From Dehalococcoidia bacterium (GTDB taxonomy: Bacteria; Chloroflexota; Dehalococcoidia; Dehalococcoidales; UBA1222), in the NCBI GenBank assembly GCA_009776735.1, contig WRNG01000001.1, positions 1 through 60,841 on the forward strand: a stretch of DNA of 60,841 nucleotides, read 5' to 3'. Positions 19,501 through 27,329 of this stretch are shown one piece after another. The notes under the pieces were generated by a model. That model searched no databases, had not been told where the DNA came from, and worked only from the letters and a program-made list of their open reading frames with translations. Each line of letters begins with the position of its first letter. Within the stretch, counting starts at the first letter, position 1. Both the position numbers and the translations under genes were made by a program.

Positions 19501-20327
19501 GAACCCATACGATTGGCCCCCCAGCCAAGATGAGTGTATTCTCCCGCAAAAGAATCCATGGATAACCCACTTTCATAGTCTACAACGAAATCCTCCAGCG
19601 TAACTAGTGTATCAGGTTCGACATAGACTACATCTGTCAAATACAAGAGATTTTCGTACGCTTCTTTTGCTTCTTGGGCTGAATTAAACTGAAGAACAAA
19701 CTGCCCGCTCGGACCAGCAATAACCTGTGTCGCCTTAATATTGGCTGGAAGAGTTTTTCCTGGGATTAACTTAGCCACAAGTCGAGCCATTTGAAACTCA
19801 TTTGTAATGGTAATCTCCGCATTGGTCTCATCATAGATTAGTTCGTAGTTATACTCACTCAATACACATAACGGAAACATCGGGTTGTCATCCACAAGAG
19901 AAGCTCCAGCGGATAACACTTTTTGCTCACCATCAACCCGTATCATTCTCTCACCATAGATAAACTCTACCCGCTTCCCTTTCTGGCTGAGCGAACCACC
20001 GTTGTCGCTCAAGGCAACCTGTATACCAAGAGCTTCCAAAACTCCAAAAGGTAACATTACACTGCCCTGTGTGATTCTTACAGCTGTATCTAGCTTAATA
20101 ATACGCTGGTCAACAATTAGAGTATTATCACCAATGGTTAAAGTAGCACGATTGAAATACGAACTTTCCCACCTTGATGAGATAAGTTGAGAAACTGCTT
20201 TGTAGTAAGCGTCGCCATTGAGTTCAGTATTGTTACTACTTAGCAAACATGGAGGAATAGCCACCAGTGCTAGAATCCACGCAAAAAACAATACCAGAAG
20301 TCTTTTATACCACATTTCTTTTTTCAA
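16536..20327 (-). CDS. Multidomain cell-surface subtilase (peptidase S8) with Ig-like modules and C-terminal TM anchor
   Basis: 1263 aa. Signal peptide, then a Cu-amine-oxidase-N-like stalk (GSVMLPFGVLEALGIQV) and an I9-like propeptide (...VVYVEPD). Catalytic motifs VAVIDTGLD (Asp), HSHGTHVSGT (His), SGTSMSTPHVA (Ser). Five to six Big_2-like modules, one Listeria-Bacteroides repeat (YTIAFSANGG...GYLFQGW...LLFAVW), TM helix plus RARKELH. Confidence 0.9.
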   Translation of the reverse strand: MKKEMWYKRLLVLFFAWILALVAIPPCLLSSNNTELNGDAYYKAVSQLISSRWESSYFNRATLTIGDNTLIVDQRIIKLDTAVRITQGSVMLPFGVLEALGIQVALSDNGGSLSQKGKRVEFIYGERMIRVDGEQKVLSAGASLVDDNPMFPLCVLSEYNYELIYDETNAEITITNEFQMARLVAKLIPGKTLPANIKATQVIAGPSGQFVLQFNSAQEAKEAYENLLYLTDVVYVEPDTLVTLEDFVVDYESGLSMDSFAGEYTHLGWGANRMGSDIFLDYLIANEKHESVVTVAVIDTGLDTAHPFFAERHVAGYNLVNNDTFIYDDHSHGTHVSGTIVDITIALPNVKIMPVKVLNSLGYGSTINVSNGIRWAADHGAMVINLSLGGLVFPADQGLDDSVAYAVEKNATVIAAAGNNSADAVTVSPARSEFAITVSAFDIDDKPAYFSNFGDRVDLAAPGVDIRSTIPGNRTAVFSGTSMSTPHVASAVALLLCYNSSLTPSIIKTIMCLSADPLNMIDGKHYGYGILNVERAVDLATEFIFATPNNLTEYVKAGPQQKQLTIEYYDKGMVSDVTSQTVFYSNDEAVATVTDFGLVTVFGVGQTHVIAEYDGKRVEISVIGLQIEPLKVIRSFPNNGDKEAVLTDRISITFNHVLVAPIRAWTLVALDGSKIEWVDYEISLSPSEDESEFCLILSKVLLPNTDYMFKVLAGDVLCDYGSLTEDYVLRFRTGTTYLPITNITVLPEADDLFIYETVWVKAEIQPFNASNKALSWRSSNNNVARIITRDAFSNEVEIIAVAAGIVTITALSDDGVFGSCTLSIRDPQVLPTSVSLSTAEMTIPLREVGQLVAMVSPQIANNNLTWTSSDRNVAVALANGIVYAQNPGMAIITATTVNGLTATCLVIVYPERLSFAQTTAMLFLGETLQLVANGVPPDYSLDWVSQDSTVATVSSSGLVSTESVGIVEITATAANGITATCLITIVETPLSITLSNSDIRLNTATNLQLSAVVLPFNAVDIIEWSSSDEKVATVSAKGIVNAVNVGTSIITAATLNGLTATCTVTVTSDPKRVVISQTSANMLLNGFIQLSATILPLDALDVTVTWSSSAPEVATVSADGLVVAKSSGSTKITATSINGCVDTCDVVVIAMYTIAFSANGGIGAPPNQIITSDLLAQISGELPTREGYLFQGWATNPSATVPEYQSGSLYFDKTDILLFAVWQSANESGGSFIDSVLVVVVGIFVIGASIVTVFSLRARKELH
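16940..18095 (-). repeat. Five tandem Ig-like (Big_2-type) coding modules of about 75-85 aa
   Basis: Recurrent pattern L.a.v.P.na....l.W.SSd..VATVS..G.V.A...G...ITAT..NG.TATC.V.V, seen five times in a row in the S8 protein. Confidence 0.65.
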
Positions 20328-20499
20328 TTGTTGCGATTAATTCCTTCATTGTGCTAATTATAGGTACCCTCTGAAATCTGTCAAATACGCGCATTTCATC
20401 AAATTGAATAGCGCGCCAAAAGAAATCGTTACAGTAAATAACCAGCCTCAAAAAAGAGTCATCCAAAGGATAGGCAGTGTCAAAAGTTACCATAAGCAC
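20305..20499 (-). pseudogene. Small degenerate ORF, possibly a PIN/VapC-like remnant
   Basis: 64 aa. N-terminal MVTFDTAYPLDD and C-terminal FDRFQRVPII loosely resemble the first acidic motif and the C-terminal DF.RipgL motif of PIN toxins, but the length is about half. Overlaps the S8 gene start. Weak call. Confidence 0.2.
20357..20382. repeat. Direct repeat copy 1 (partner at 20531-20556)
   Basis: CCTCTGAAATCTGTC is identical at 20368-20382 and 20542-20556. Flanks extend the similarity to about 26 nt with 4 mismatches. On the minus strand both copies encode DRFQR(V/M). Confidence 0.7.
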
Positions 20500-20642
20500 A
20501 ATGGAACAAGTTATTACTCAGCCTATCAATAATATAGACATCCTCTGAAATCTGTCCGACGCAATGCTTTTCGTAGCATCAATAGGCGCATTATTAAAAC
20601 CTTTTCTGATGGCATGATAAGATTTTGGAGGTTGCATTAGAA

Positions 20643-20813
20643 TTAACGTTGGCTCTCAATAGCTCTGACTATCTCCTTTAATAAATCGCCATAATATGGT
20701 GGTGTTTTGGGAAGCTCTCTCTTAATATCAGCTAGAGCGTAATTAATAGCTTCAAGACGCTTATCAATATTTCTCAAAAGTGAGATGACTTCACGCTGGT
20801 TAGTTTCCTGCAT
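20643..20813 (-). CDS. Small helical protein (56 aa), possibly antitoxin-like
   Basis: Below the track cutoff. ATG at 20813 is preceded by a strong SD AAGGGAG with an 8-nt spacer. Sequence: MQETNQREVISLLRNIDKRLEAINYALADIKRELPKTPPYYGDLLKEIVRAIESQR. A 39-aa ORF (20518-20637) follows 5 nt downstream. Confidence 0.4.
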   Translation of the reverse strand: MQETNQREVISLLRNIDKRLEAINYALADIKRELPKTPPYYGDLLKEIVRAIESQR

Positions 20814-20892
20814 ATTCGTTACTCCCTTAGTGCAATTTCTACATCGGATATGACATATTAACTTCTTTCATAAAAAAATGTAAGTAGCAAGC

Positions 20893-20921
20893 TTCCAAAT
20901 TGGCCCAAATTGAAGTAAAAT
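20893..20921 (+). promoter_or_regulatory. Candidate promoter immediately upstream of mutS
   Basis: TTCCAA (20893-20898), 17-nt spacer, TAAAAT (20916-20921). The mutS ATG is at 20930 and there is no SD in between. Confidence 0.3.
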
Positions 20922-20929
20922 AGACCCCT

Positions 20930-23497
20930 ATGAAAGAGAGTTCAACTCCAATTCGCTTACAATACCTCAGCATTAAGAAGCAGTACCCCAACACCATTTT
21001 ACTTTTCCGTTTGGGTGATTTTTACGAGACTTTTGATGAAGATGCTAAAGTCACAGCTCAAGAGTTAGGATTGGTTTTAACATCGCGCAGTATGGGCAAA
21101 AACATACAAGTTCCCATGGCTGGAATCCCTTTCCATGCACTAGATGACTACCTAAGCAAATTAATCAAAGCAGGGCATCGTGTATCCATTTGTGAACAAC
21201 TCAGCAAACCTGGAGGTACAAAAGGGCTAGTCGAACGTGGCGTTGTGCGAGTGGTAACCCCAGGCACAGTAATTGAACCGGGACTACTACAAACCAAAAA
21301 CAATAACTATTTAGTCAGCGTTGTCACCGAAGGAGATTGGGCAGGGCTTTCTTATATTGATATTACAACCTCCGAGTTCACTTGCACCCAACTCCGCATA
21401 GACAAGTTACGAGCTGAACTCGAACGTCTCACACCGGCTGAAATTATTGCCTCAGAAGATACTTCCATACCCAAACTTGAGAAAACAGTACCGCTGAATC
21501 GCCTTGAATCGCGCTGGTTCACCTATCATGAGGCGCAAAGCACACTGTTGGAGCATTTTGGGACAATTACTTTGGAAGGATATGGTTGCGCCAAGCTTCC
21601 GCTGGCAGTTCGGGCAGCAGGAGCTATTCTGCACTATGTCAGTTCTACACAAAAACAAGCCTTGGCACAATTAACCCACCTATCGACTTATTCCACAGAT
21701 GAGTTTATGTCAATTGATGGGATTACTCTTGCCAATTTAGAAATCTTTAAAGGGCTTTCTTCCGGAACATCACAAGGCTCTTTACTTTCTGTTTTAGATG
21801 AAAGCAAAACCGCGATGGGAGGGAGATTACTACGTCGCTACCTCAGTCAGCCACTACTTCAGCGTACTAAAATCAAAGAGCGGCAGGATGCCGTGGCTTT
21901 CTTTGTCGATAACTCTCTTAGTAGAAATGACATCTCATCACTTCTTAGTAAAATTATTGATATTGAACGGTTAGTTAATCGTATTCACAACGGCGTCGCA
22001 CTGCCACGCGAGTTAGTTGCCTTGCGTCACAGCTTGGAACACATTCCACAACTTAATAAATCCATTCCTAGTGACAACACTTGGATGAAAGGCAAGTTAG
22101 AACCCATTCCCGAAGTGGCTCAACTAATCGCAAATGCAATTGCTGACAACCCGACACATGTTCCCGGAGAGGGAGGAGTTATCCGCCATGGCTACTCAGC
22201 TGAAATTGATGAACTGAAAGCAGCCTCTGTTGACGCTCGTCAATACTTAGCAGGACTTGAACAACGAGAGCGCCAAAAAACCGGTATCAAAAACTTAAAA
22301 ATCGGATTCAACAACATCTTTGGATACTATCTCGAAGTGTCCCAATCCAATCTTGAGCAAGTGCCGCCAGATTACATTCGTAAACAAACACTATCCAACG
22401 GCGAAAGATATTACACTCCCGAATTAAAAGAATACGAATCACGCATACTCAATGCCCGCGAAAAACTGCAGGAACTGGAAACCTCTCTCTACTCTCAAAT
22501 TTGCCATCAAATTATTCTCTATTCCGACGCTCTGCTTGCCATGTCTAAAACGTTAGCTGAAATTGATGTGGCTTGCTCATTGGCAGAGGTAGCTTTACGT
22601 TACAGTTACGTGCGCCCCGAACTAAGCGACGATCAAACACTCGTGATTAAGAATGGGCGACATCCAGTAGTCGAGCGGTCATTGAACCCAGGTCAGTATG
22701 TACCCAACGGCATAAATCTTTCAACTGATGGCGCTCATATCATTATTCTCACCGGACCCAATATGGCCGGTAAATCAACTTATTTAAAACAAATTGCCAT
22801 AATCACACTGATGGCCCAAATCGGCAGTTATGTTCCAGCCGAAAAAGCCTCTATCGGATTGGTTGATCGTATTTTTACCCGCATCGGGGCAAGAGAAGAC
22901 TTATTCAGTGGCAAATCAACTTTTATGGTCGAGATGATTGAAACGGCCGAAATTTTAAACAATGCCACCGTGCGTTCACTATTGATTATGGATGAAATCG
23001 GCCGAGGTACCAGCACTTATGACGGAATGGCCATTGCCCAAGCAGTTGTCGAATTCATCCATAATTCTTTGAACGGAGCGCGCACTTTGTTTGCCACTCA
23101 TTACCATGAGCTAATATCTTTATCCGACTCCCTCTCTGACGTAGTTAATTTCAACGTAGCAGTCGCAGAAAATCACGCTGAGATAATTTTTCTGCATAAG
23201 ATTGTCGAAGGAGGAGCTGATAGGAGCTACGGCATCCATGTGGCAAAACTGGCTGGACTTCCACGCACAGTGGTTGAAAAAGCCCAAGCGGTACTTAGCG
23301 AACTAGAAAGTTCACCATCGGCGGAGAAAATTGGCAAAGGAATTAAAACCACGTCCATCAAACATCCTCAATTATCTTTTTTCTCTCCCAATACCTATCT
23401 AACTGATGAACTTGTCAAACTTGAAATAGACAAGCTATCGCCATTGGAGGCGCTGACAAAACTTTACGAGTTGAAGAAAAAAGTTCTATCGCAATAG
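20930..23497 (+). CDS. mutS: DNA mismatch repair protein MutS
   Basis: 855 aa. N-terminal mismatch-binding GDFYETF, Walker A GPNMAGKST, DEIGRGTSTYDG. Confidence 0.95.
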   Translation: MKESSTPIRLQYLSIKKQYPNTILLFRLGDFYETFDEDAKVTAQELGLVLTSRSMGKNIQVPMAGIPFHALDDYLSKLIKAGHRVSICEQLSKPGGTKGLVERGVVRVVTPGTVIEPGLLQTKNNNYLVSVVTEGDWAGLSYIDITTSEFTCTQLRIDKLRAELERLTPAEIIASEDTSIPKLEKTVPLNRLESRWFTYHEAQSTLLEHFGTITLEGYGCAKLPLAVRAAGAILHYVSSTQKQALAQLTHLSTYSTDEFMSIDGITLANLEIFKGLSSGTSQGSLLSVLDESKTAMGGRLLRRYLSQPLLQRTKIKERQDAVAFFVDNSLSRNDISSLLSKIIDIERLVNRIHNGVALPRELVALRHSLEHIPQLNKSIPSDNTWMKGKLEPIPEVAQLIANAIADNPTHVPGEGGVIRHGYSAEIDELKAASVDARQYLAGLEQRERQKTGIKNLKIGFNNIFGYYLEVSQSNLEQVPPDYIRKQTLSNGERYYTPELKEYESRILNAREKLQELETSLYSQICHQIILYSDALLAMSKTLAEIDVACSLAEVALRYSYVRPELSDDQTLVIKNGRHPVVERSLNPGQYVPNGINLSTDGAHIIILTGPNMAGKSTYLKQIAIITLMAQIGSYVPAEKASIGLVDRIFTRIGAREDLFSGKSTFMVEMIETAEILNNATVRSLLIMDEIGRGTSTYDGMAIAQAVVEFIHNSLNGARTLFATHYHELISLSDSLSDVVNFNVAVAENHAEIIFLHKIVEGGADRSYGIHVAKLAGLPRTVVEKAQAVLSELESSPSAEKIGKGIKTTSIKHPQLSFFSPNTYLTDELVKLEIDKLSPLEALTKLYELKKKVLSQ

Positions 23498-23556
23498 AAC
23501 AGCAGAAAGTTTATTGGATTAACAGGTTATGCCAAAAGAGCCTCAAGCTCAATATT

Positions 23557-24327
23557 TCACGAGAACAAATGTCTTGCGCTAACCCTATTACGCAGAGTCC
23601 CCACACCCTCAATTTTGACATCCACTACATCGCCGATTTCCATTGGACCAATCCCGGCTGGAGTTCCGCTCGCAATGACATCACCCGGCTCAAGTGTCAT
23701 TACTTGCGAAACAGCACTCACTAATTCTATTGGAGAAAAAATCATATCAGCAGTATTACCACACTGCTTTAGTTCACCATTTAAAAACGTCTCTATTTTA
23801 AGCGCTACTGGAGATAGTTCAGTTTCAATCCAAGGGCCAATACATGCAAACGTATCAAAACTTTTTGCACGCGTCCACTGCCCGTCAATTTTTTGCAGGT
23901 CCCGTGCCGTAATGTCGTTAAAGCATGTATATCCAAAAATATATTGTCCTGCTTCATCAACTGGCACTAAATGCCCTTTTCGTCCGATTACAATTCCCAA
24001 TTCCCCTTCGAAGTCTACCTGTTGCGAAATAGCAGGATGGATAATCTCTTCTTCATGACCAATCACTGATGACGGCGGTTTTAGAAACATTAGCGGATGT
24101 GAAGGAAGATTGCATTCTAATTCATCTGCATGCAACCTGTAATTCAGACCGATCGCCACAATTTTACTCGGTTTGCATGGTGCAAGTAATTTAATTTCAT
24201 TTTCAGCGAAGACATTTCCAGAATAAATCAGGCGTTTGTATGGACTCCCTACCAACTGTTTAACCTGCCCTGATATAGCGACACCAAAAGAAAAATGGTT
24301 CTCCGATTTAAAACGCACTATTTTCAT
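23557..24327 (-). CDS. Fumarylacetoacetate hydrolase (FAH) family protein
   Basis: 256 aa. VDFEGELGIVIGRKG and the C-terminal GDVIASGTPAGIG pattern typical of FAH/HpcE-like hydratase-decarboxylases. Confidence 0.85.
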   Translation of the reverse strand: MKIVRFKSENHFSFGVAISGQVKQLVGSPYKRLIYSGNVFAENEIKLLAPCKPSKIVAIGLNYRLHADELECNLPSHPLMFLKPPSSVIGHEEEIIHPAISQQVDFEGELGIVIGRKGHLVPVDEAGQYIFGYTCFNDITARDLQKIDGQWTRAKSFDTFACIGPWIETELSPVALKIETFLNGELKQCGNTADMIFSPIELVSAVSQVMTLEPGDVIASGTPAGIGPMEIGDVVDVKIEGVGTLRNRVSARHLFS

Positions 24328-24373
24328 TCTTTAATACACCGAGAAAAACATTATTATCCCAGTATATCTAACA

Positions 24374-24413
24374 CATTCGGGCGAATACCATAGGTGTCGT
24401 ATTCGCCCGAATG
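24374..24413 (-). terminator. Strong hairpin between the dehydrogenase and the FAH gene
   Basis: Perfect 15-bp stem CATTCGGGCGAATAC / GTATTCGCCCGAATG (24374-24388 / 24399-24413) with a 10-nt loop. Only a weak U-tract (TGTGTT) on the minus strand. Confidence 0.45.
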
Positions 24414-24435
24414 CAAGACAAAAACTGATTAGTGA

Positions 24436-25476
24436 CTAACGGGCTGATTCCACGATCCCAAAAGCATAATCATCAGCCGCTCGATACGTGCTTACATTTT
24501 TCGTTTGAGCCAAATTGATTATCTTAAGCGTGGTATCGTAGATTTTATCAACCTGCGCATTAACAAGGTCAACATCGTATTTGCCGTCGGGAATTTCCAT
24601 TCCACAATTAATAACTCCGCCAGCATTGACTATGTAGTCAGGTAAATACAGAATACCTAGCGTATCCAGTTTGTCTCCTGTCTCAGCATCAAGCAAAACA
24701 TTGTTGGCTGCACCTGCCACCATTTTACATTTTAAACTTCCAACGTTGCCAGTGTTCAATAAAGCACCCATAGCACAAGGCGAAAAAATATCACAGTCGG
24801 TAGTCAATATTTCATCTGCTGTGACAGCAATTGCATCGAATTCGGTTACAGCCTTTTCTACAACTACCGGATTAATGTCATAAACTTTTAATTTAGCTCC
24901 TACTTTAGCTAAACGGCTGCAGAGTTCATAGCCCACACTTCCAATTCCCTGTATCGCTACAGTCTTTCCTGCAAGTGAATCCGAACCAAATTTAACACTC
25001 GCTCCCGCTTGCATAGCCATGAAAACGCCACGCGCTGTAAATGGAGAAGGATTACCGCTTGTTTCGGGAATTCCAGAAACATATTTGGTCACCTCACTAA
25101 TTTGAGAAATATCAGTAGCACTAGTATTAACATCCTCCGCAGTATAGTATTTACCTCCAAGAGAATTAATATACTTGCCATAGGCATGGAAAAAAACCCT
25201 TGACTTCAGTTGCTGTGGATCGCCAATTATAACTGCCTTACCACCTCCAAGTTTGAGCCCAGCAGCCGCATTCTTGAGGGTCATGCCTCTAGATAAACGC
25301 AACACATCAAACAAGGCATCTTCTTCCGAAGCATAGTTCCAGAAACGAGTCCCCCCAAGTGCCGGTCCGAGAACAGTGCTGTGAACCGCAATAATCGCCT
25401 TCAACCCCACCGATTTGTCCTGAACAAAAACAATTTGTTCATGCCCGTACCTGTTCATTTCCTGAATTACCTTCAT
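24436..25476 (-). CDS. Leucine/valine/phenylalanine dehydrogenase (Glu/Leu/Phe/Val DH family)
   Basis: 346 aa. GPALGGTRFW, catalytic-Lys region LKLGGGKAVIIGDP, NAD fold GIGSVG. Confidence 0.85.
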   Translation of the reverse strand: MKVIQEMNRYGHEQIVFVQDKSVGLKAIIAVHSTVLGPALGGTRFWNYASEEDALFDVLRLSRGMTLKNAAAGLKLGGGKAVIIGDPQQLKSRVFFHAYGKYINSLGGKYYTAEDVNTSATDISQISEVTKYVSGIPETSGNPSPFTARGVFMAMQAGASVKFGSDSLAGKTVAIQGIGSVGYELCSRLAKVGAKLKVYDINPVVVEKAVTEFDAIAVTADEILTTDCDIFSPCAMGALLNTGNVGSLKCKMVAGAANNVLLDAETGDKLDTLGILYLPDYIVNAGGVINCGMEIPDGKYDVDLVNAQVDKIYDTTLKIINLAQTKNVSTYRAADDYAFGIVESAR

Positions 25477-25592
25477 GGTTTCCTCTCTTTCCCAAAAAAA
25501 TATCCAAGTAGTTTAGCAATTCTTTATATACATTTTCAACATTGAACCTTACTGTCAAAACAATTGACATGGGCAAGATTGGTTGTTAAACT

Positions 25593-26204
25593 GTGTTCCG
25601 ATTCCGAGGTAGTGTTTTTTCGTTTAAGTTGAGTAAGTTGACAAGTAAAAAAATCACAGACAATACAACTGACCCACAATCGCGCACAGGTTTAGTAACG
25701 GTTTTTACGGGTGACGGAAAAGGTAAGACCACAGCGGCAATTGGAACAATCGTACGGGCAGCTGGTTACGGAATTAAGGTTGGTGTCATTTTTTTTCTAA
25801 AAGGCAAAATGTTCAGTCAAGGTGAAGTAAGTGTTTTAAAAAACCTCCCTACTGTTACGGTGTTCAACTTCGGGATTGAGCAATGGCTTAAGAAAGGACA
25901 GTTTGATTTATCAGCCACCCAGCAAGCGCGACAAGCCTTGGCAAAAGCCAGCGAGATTATTAAAAGTGGTGACTACGAATTAGTCGTTCTGGATGAAATA
26001 AATGGAGCAGTCGATTTTGGTTTAATTAGCGTAAGTGATGTACTAAGCGTTTTAGCGAATCGGCCAAAAGCTCTGGACTTAATTTTGACTGGACGAAATG
26101 CAGACGCTGGCATTATTGAAATTGCCGATGTGGTAACCGAAATGAATAGTATAAAGCACGCTTTCGAGCGCGGGATAACTGCCCGTCTTGGAATAGATTA
26201 CTAA
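25593..26204 (+). CDS. cobO: Cob(I)yrinic acid a,c-diamide (corrinoid) adenosyltransferase, CobA/CobO/BtuR type
   Basis: P-loop TGDGKGKTTAAIG, LDEINGAV, TGRNA...VTEM..IKH....GI.A..GIDY. Start is uncertain: 25593 is GTG, and in-frame TTG codons lie at 25629 and 25638. Confidence 0.8.
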   Translation: MFRFRGSVFSFKLSKLTSKKITDNTTDPQSRTGLVTVFTGDGKGKTTAAIGTIVRAAGYGIKVGVIFFLKGKMFSQGEVSVLKNLPTVTVFNFGIEQWLKKGQFDLSATQQARQALAKASEIIKSGDYELVVLDEINGAVDFGLISVSDVLSVLANRPKALDLILTGRNADAGIIEIADVVTEMNSIKHAFERGITARLGIDY

Positions 26205-26217
26205 AAAAGGAGAGACT

Positions 26218-27318
26218 ATGAAAATTACATTAAGTGTCATCAAGGCTGATGTCGGCGGATATGTAGGACACTCCGATTCCCATCCGGACTTACTGGCATA
26301 TGCCAACGAGTGCCTACAGAAAGCCCAAGATGCTGGACTGTTGGTGGACTTTCATGTCACTAAATGCGGTGACGATGCTCAACTCATTATGACACATACT
26401 TTGGGTATCGACAACCAACAGATTCATGAATTAGCGTGGAATACTTTTGTCGGTTGCACCGAAGTGGCTAAAAAACTTAAACTCTATGGCGCGGGGCAGG
26501 ATCTTTTGACCGACGCATTCTCATGCAACGTTCGTGGTATGGGCCCTGGACTGGCAGAAATGGATATTGATGAACGCACATCTGAGCCAGTTATCATATT
26601 CATGGCGGATAAAACGTCCTCAGGCGCATGGAACATGCCTCTTTACAAAATGTTTGCTGACCCATTCAACACAATCGGGTTGGTTATCGCTGAGAATATG
26701 CACAACGGCTATTCCTTTGAAGTTCACGATGTCATGAAAGGACAGAAAATACTCTTTAATTCACCGGAAGAAATATATGATATGTTAGTCTTCATCGGTG
26801 CTCCCTCACGCTACTGCGTCAAGGCTGTTCGACATCGAGACACTGGCGAGATTGCCGCTGTTTCCTCAACGCAAAAACTGTCACTCATTGCCGGTCGCTA
26901 TGTTGGCAAAGATGATCCGGTATGCATTGTACGTGCACAAGGAATTTTCCCCGCGGTCGGTGAGGTCTTGGAGCCATTCTCCATGCCACATTTAGTGGAA
27001 GGATGGATGCGTGGTTCTCATATCGGGCCTTTCATGCCTGTATCCATTGCCGACAGCATTCCCACCCGTTTTGACGGACCTCCGCGGGTTGTAGCCTGTG
27101 GTTTCCAACTAGCCAATGGCAAACTGATTGGTCCTCGCGATATGTTTGCTGACAAGAGTTATGATAACGCACGCCAAAAAGCGCTTAACGCAGCCGATTA
27201 CATGCGCGCTCATGGCCCATTTGAACCACACCGCCTGCCGCTTGAAGAGATGGAATACACCACAATGCCGCAAGTGATGAATAAACTGAAAGGACGTTTT
27301 ACCCCAATCTCGGACTAG
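26218..27318 (+). CDS. fbp: Bifunctional fructose-1,6-bisphosphate aldolase/phosphatase (class V FBPase)
   Basis: 366 aa. N-terminus MKITLSVIKADVGGYVGHS and the overall length match the archaeal-type FBPase V family. Confidence 0.9.
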   Translation: MKITLSVIKADVGGYVGHSDSHPDLLAYANECLQKAQDAGLLVDFHVTKCGDDAQLIMTHTLGIDNQQIHELAWNTFVGCTEVAKKLKLYGAGQDLLTDAFSCNVRGMGPGLAEMDIDERTSEPVIIFMADKTSSGAWNMPLYKMFADPFNTIGLVIAENMHNGYSFEVHDVMKGQKILFNSPEEIYDMLVFIGAPSRYCVKAVRHRDTGEIAAVSSTQKLSLIAGRYVGKDDPVCIVRAQGIFPAVGEVLEPFSMPHLVEGWMRGSHIGPFMPVSIADSIPTRFDGPPRVVACGFQLANGKLIGPRDMFADKSYDNARQKALNAADYMRAHGPFEPHRLPLEEMEYTTMPQVMNKLKGRFTPISD

Positions 27319-27329
27319 CAGAAAACATA

